Positions 63,067-64,000 of a stretch of DNA of 64,000 nucleotides are shown piece after piece. Location of the stretch: NCBI GenBank assembly GCA_038245785.1, contig JBBRSB010000006.1, positions 91,938 to 155,937 on the forward strand, read 5' to 3'. This DNA is from Gloeobacterales cyanobacterium (GTDB lineage: Bacteria; Cyanobacteriota; Cyanobacteriia; Gloeobacterales; PMM-0068). A program made the translations under genes and the position numbers. How positions within the stretch are numbered: the stretch's first letter is position 1; every line of letters begins with the position of its first letter. The notes beneath the pieces are model-generated. The model did not search any database. It was given only the letters and a program-made list of their open reading frames with translations, and had not been told where the DNA came from.

Positions 63067-63859
63067 TCTCTACCCGATTAAATCCTTAGATGGTTTGACT
63101 GTAAACCAAGCCACCGTGCTCTCCAGTGGTGCACTCCAGCATGACCGGGAATTTGCGCTCTTTGATGAACGAGGCAAGTTCGTTAATGGTAAGAATAATA
63201 AAAAAATACATGCCATCCGGTCACATTTTGATATCCAAAAGCAAGCTCTGAGCCTACAGCTAGATGTGCAAAAACACGTTTTTCATATAATTAACGAACA
63301 TCTCAAGTTAGAAGCCTGGTTTAGTGACTATTTTGGATTTCCTGTCAGCTTGAAGCAAGACATCCAGGCAGGTTTCCCTGATGATACCTATTCTCCAGGA
63401 CCAACGGTGATTAGCACCGGAACACTTAAAGAAATCACTTCTTGGTTTCCTGGTTTGAGTCTAGATGAAGTCAGAAAACGCTTTCGGGCCAATCTCGAAA
63501 TTGATGGAGTTCCTTCTTTTTGGGAAGACCAGTTATTTGCTGAAGCAGACCAAGTTGTCCAATTTCAGATCGGTGAAGTAGCCTTCGCAGGAGTCAATCC
63601 CTGCCAACGTTGCCCAGTCCCTACACGAGATACTTTGACAGGTGAAGTGTATCCTGATTTTCAAAAAACATTTGTTAGTAAGAGAAAAGAAACCCTGCCA
63701 AACTGGGCTCCCAATAATCGATTTAATCATTTCTATAAACTTAGCGTAAACACTCAGGTTCTTGATCCAAATGGTCCCAAAACTTTAAATATAGGCGATG
63801 AAGTAAAGATAGTAGAGTATATAGCAACCCCTCAGTCCCTACGGGACAGCTCCCCTTAG
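63044..63859 (+). CDS. MOSC domain protein
   Basis: YPIKSLDG, DREFAL, RFRANLEI, PCQRCPVPTRD. Confidence 0.88.
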   Translation: MPHLARIDLYPIKSLDGLTVNQATVLSSGALQHDREFALFDERGKFVNGKNNKKIHAIRSHFDIQKQALSLQLDVQKHVFHIINEHLKLEAWFSDYFGFPVSLKQDIQAGFPDDTYSPGPTVISTGTLKEITSWFPGLSLDEVRKRFRANLEIDGVPSFWEDQLFAEADQVVQFQIGEVAFAGVNPCQRCPVPTRDTLTGEVYPDFQKTFVSKRKETLPNWAPNNRFNHFYKLSVNTQVLDPNGPKTLNIGDEVKIVEYIATPQSLRDSSP

Positions 63860-63862
63860 AGG
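63826..63862. repeat. REP-like repeat copy truncated by an IS end; supplies the MOSC stop codon
   Basis: AACCCCTCAGTCCCTACGGGACAGCTCCCCTTAGAGG matches 55774-55810 but lacks the final GGAGC. Confidence 0.65.
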
Positions 63863-64000
63863 CTATCCATTACGCAAAAGTCTCTAGGATAGCCTCAGGG
63901 GCTAGGGTTTAGCGGTGAGTTGTGCCCCTTCCAGTAGGTGAAAGAGCACGCCGATGCCGCGCCAAAGGGTTTTCAGTCCGGGTTCCCCATCCCCTTTACG
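63863..64000 (-). mobile_element. IS4-family (IS50/Tn5-like) element right end: transposase C-terminus (63902-64000) and terminal inverted repeat
   Basis: Minus-strand RKGDGEPGLKTLWRGIGVLFHLLEGAQLTAKP*; CTATCCATTACGCAAAAGT at 63863-63881 resembles the Tn5 19-bp end. Confidence 0.8.

Noticed and set aside
114..63730. Many short antisense or overlapping ORFs in the six-frame track (e.g. 334-801, 21651-22145, 33988-34590, 36970-37494, 49815-50381)
   Set aside because: Shadow ORFs of well-supported genes with no recognisable motifs

Overview
64-kb chromosomal window from a cyanobacterium (ndhB, NTRC, PmgA, PanC-Cmk fusion, cyanoexosortase A; scarce HIP1 GCGATCGC sites hint at an early-branching lineage such as Gloeobacterales, inference only). 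Core genes include trxB/ntrC, ftsQ-ftsZ-ddl, ndhB, aguAB, purD, two tandem ctpA-like proteases, recQ, panC/cmk, tig-clpP-clpX, trpS, moaE and selU. Accessory material includes an integrase-less attC cassette cluster (7.8-10 kb), a cyanoexosortase/PEP-CTERM locus, an EACC1 + membrane caspase pair, three type II TA loci, a SIR2 gene, REP/MITE-like repeats and an IS4-family end. Several accessory genes are broken by single stop codons or frameshifts. The most striking unexplained feature is the ~980-bp gap after purD (36.1-37.1 kb). It holds two diverged tandem ~390-bp copies, each with its own minus-strand sigma70-like promoter and a ~310-nt region with compensatory and G-U-tolerant changes in several helices: a candidate pair of undescribed structured ncRNAs.
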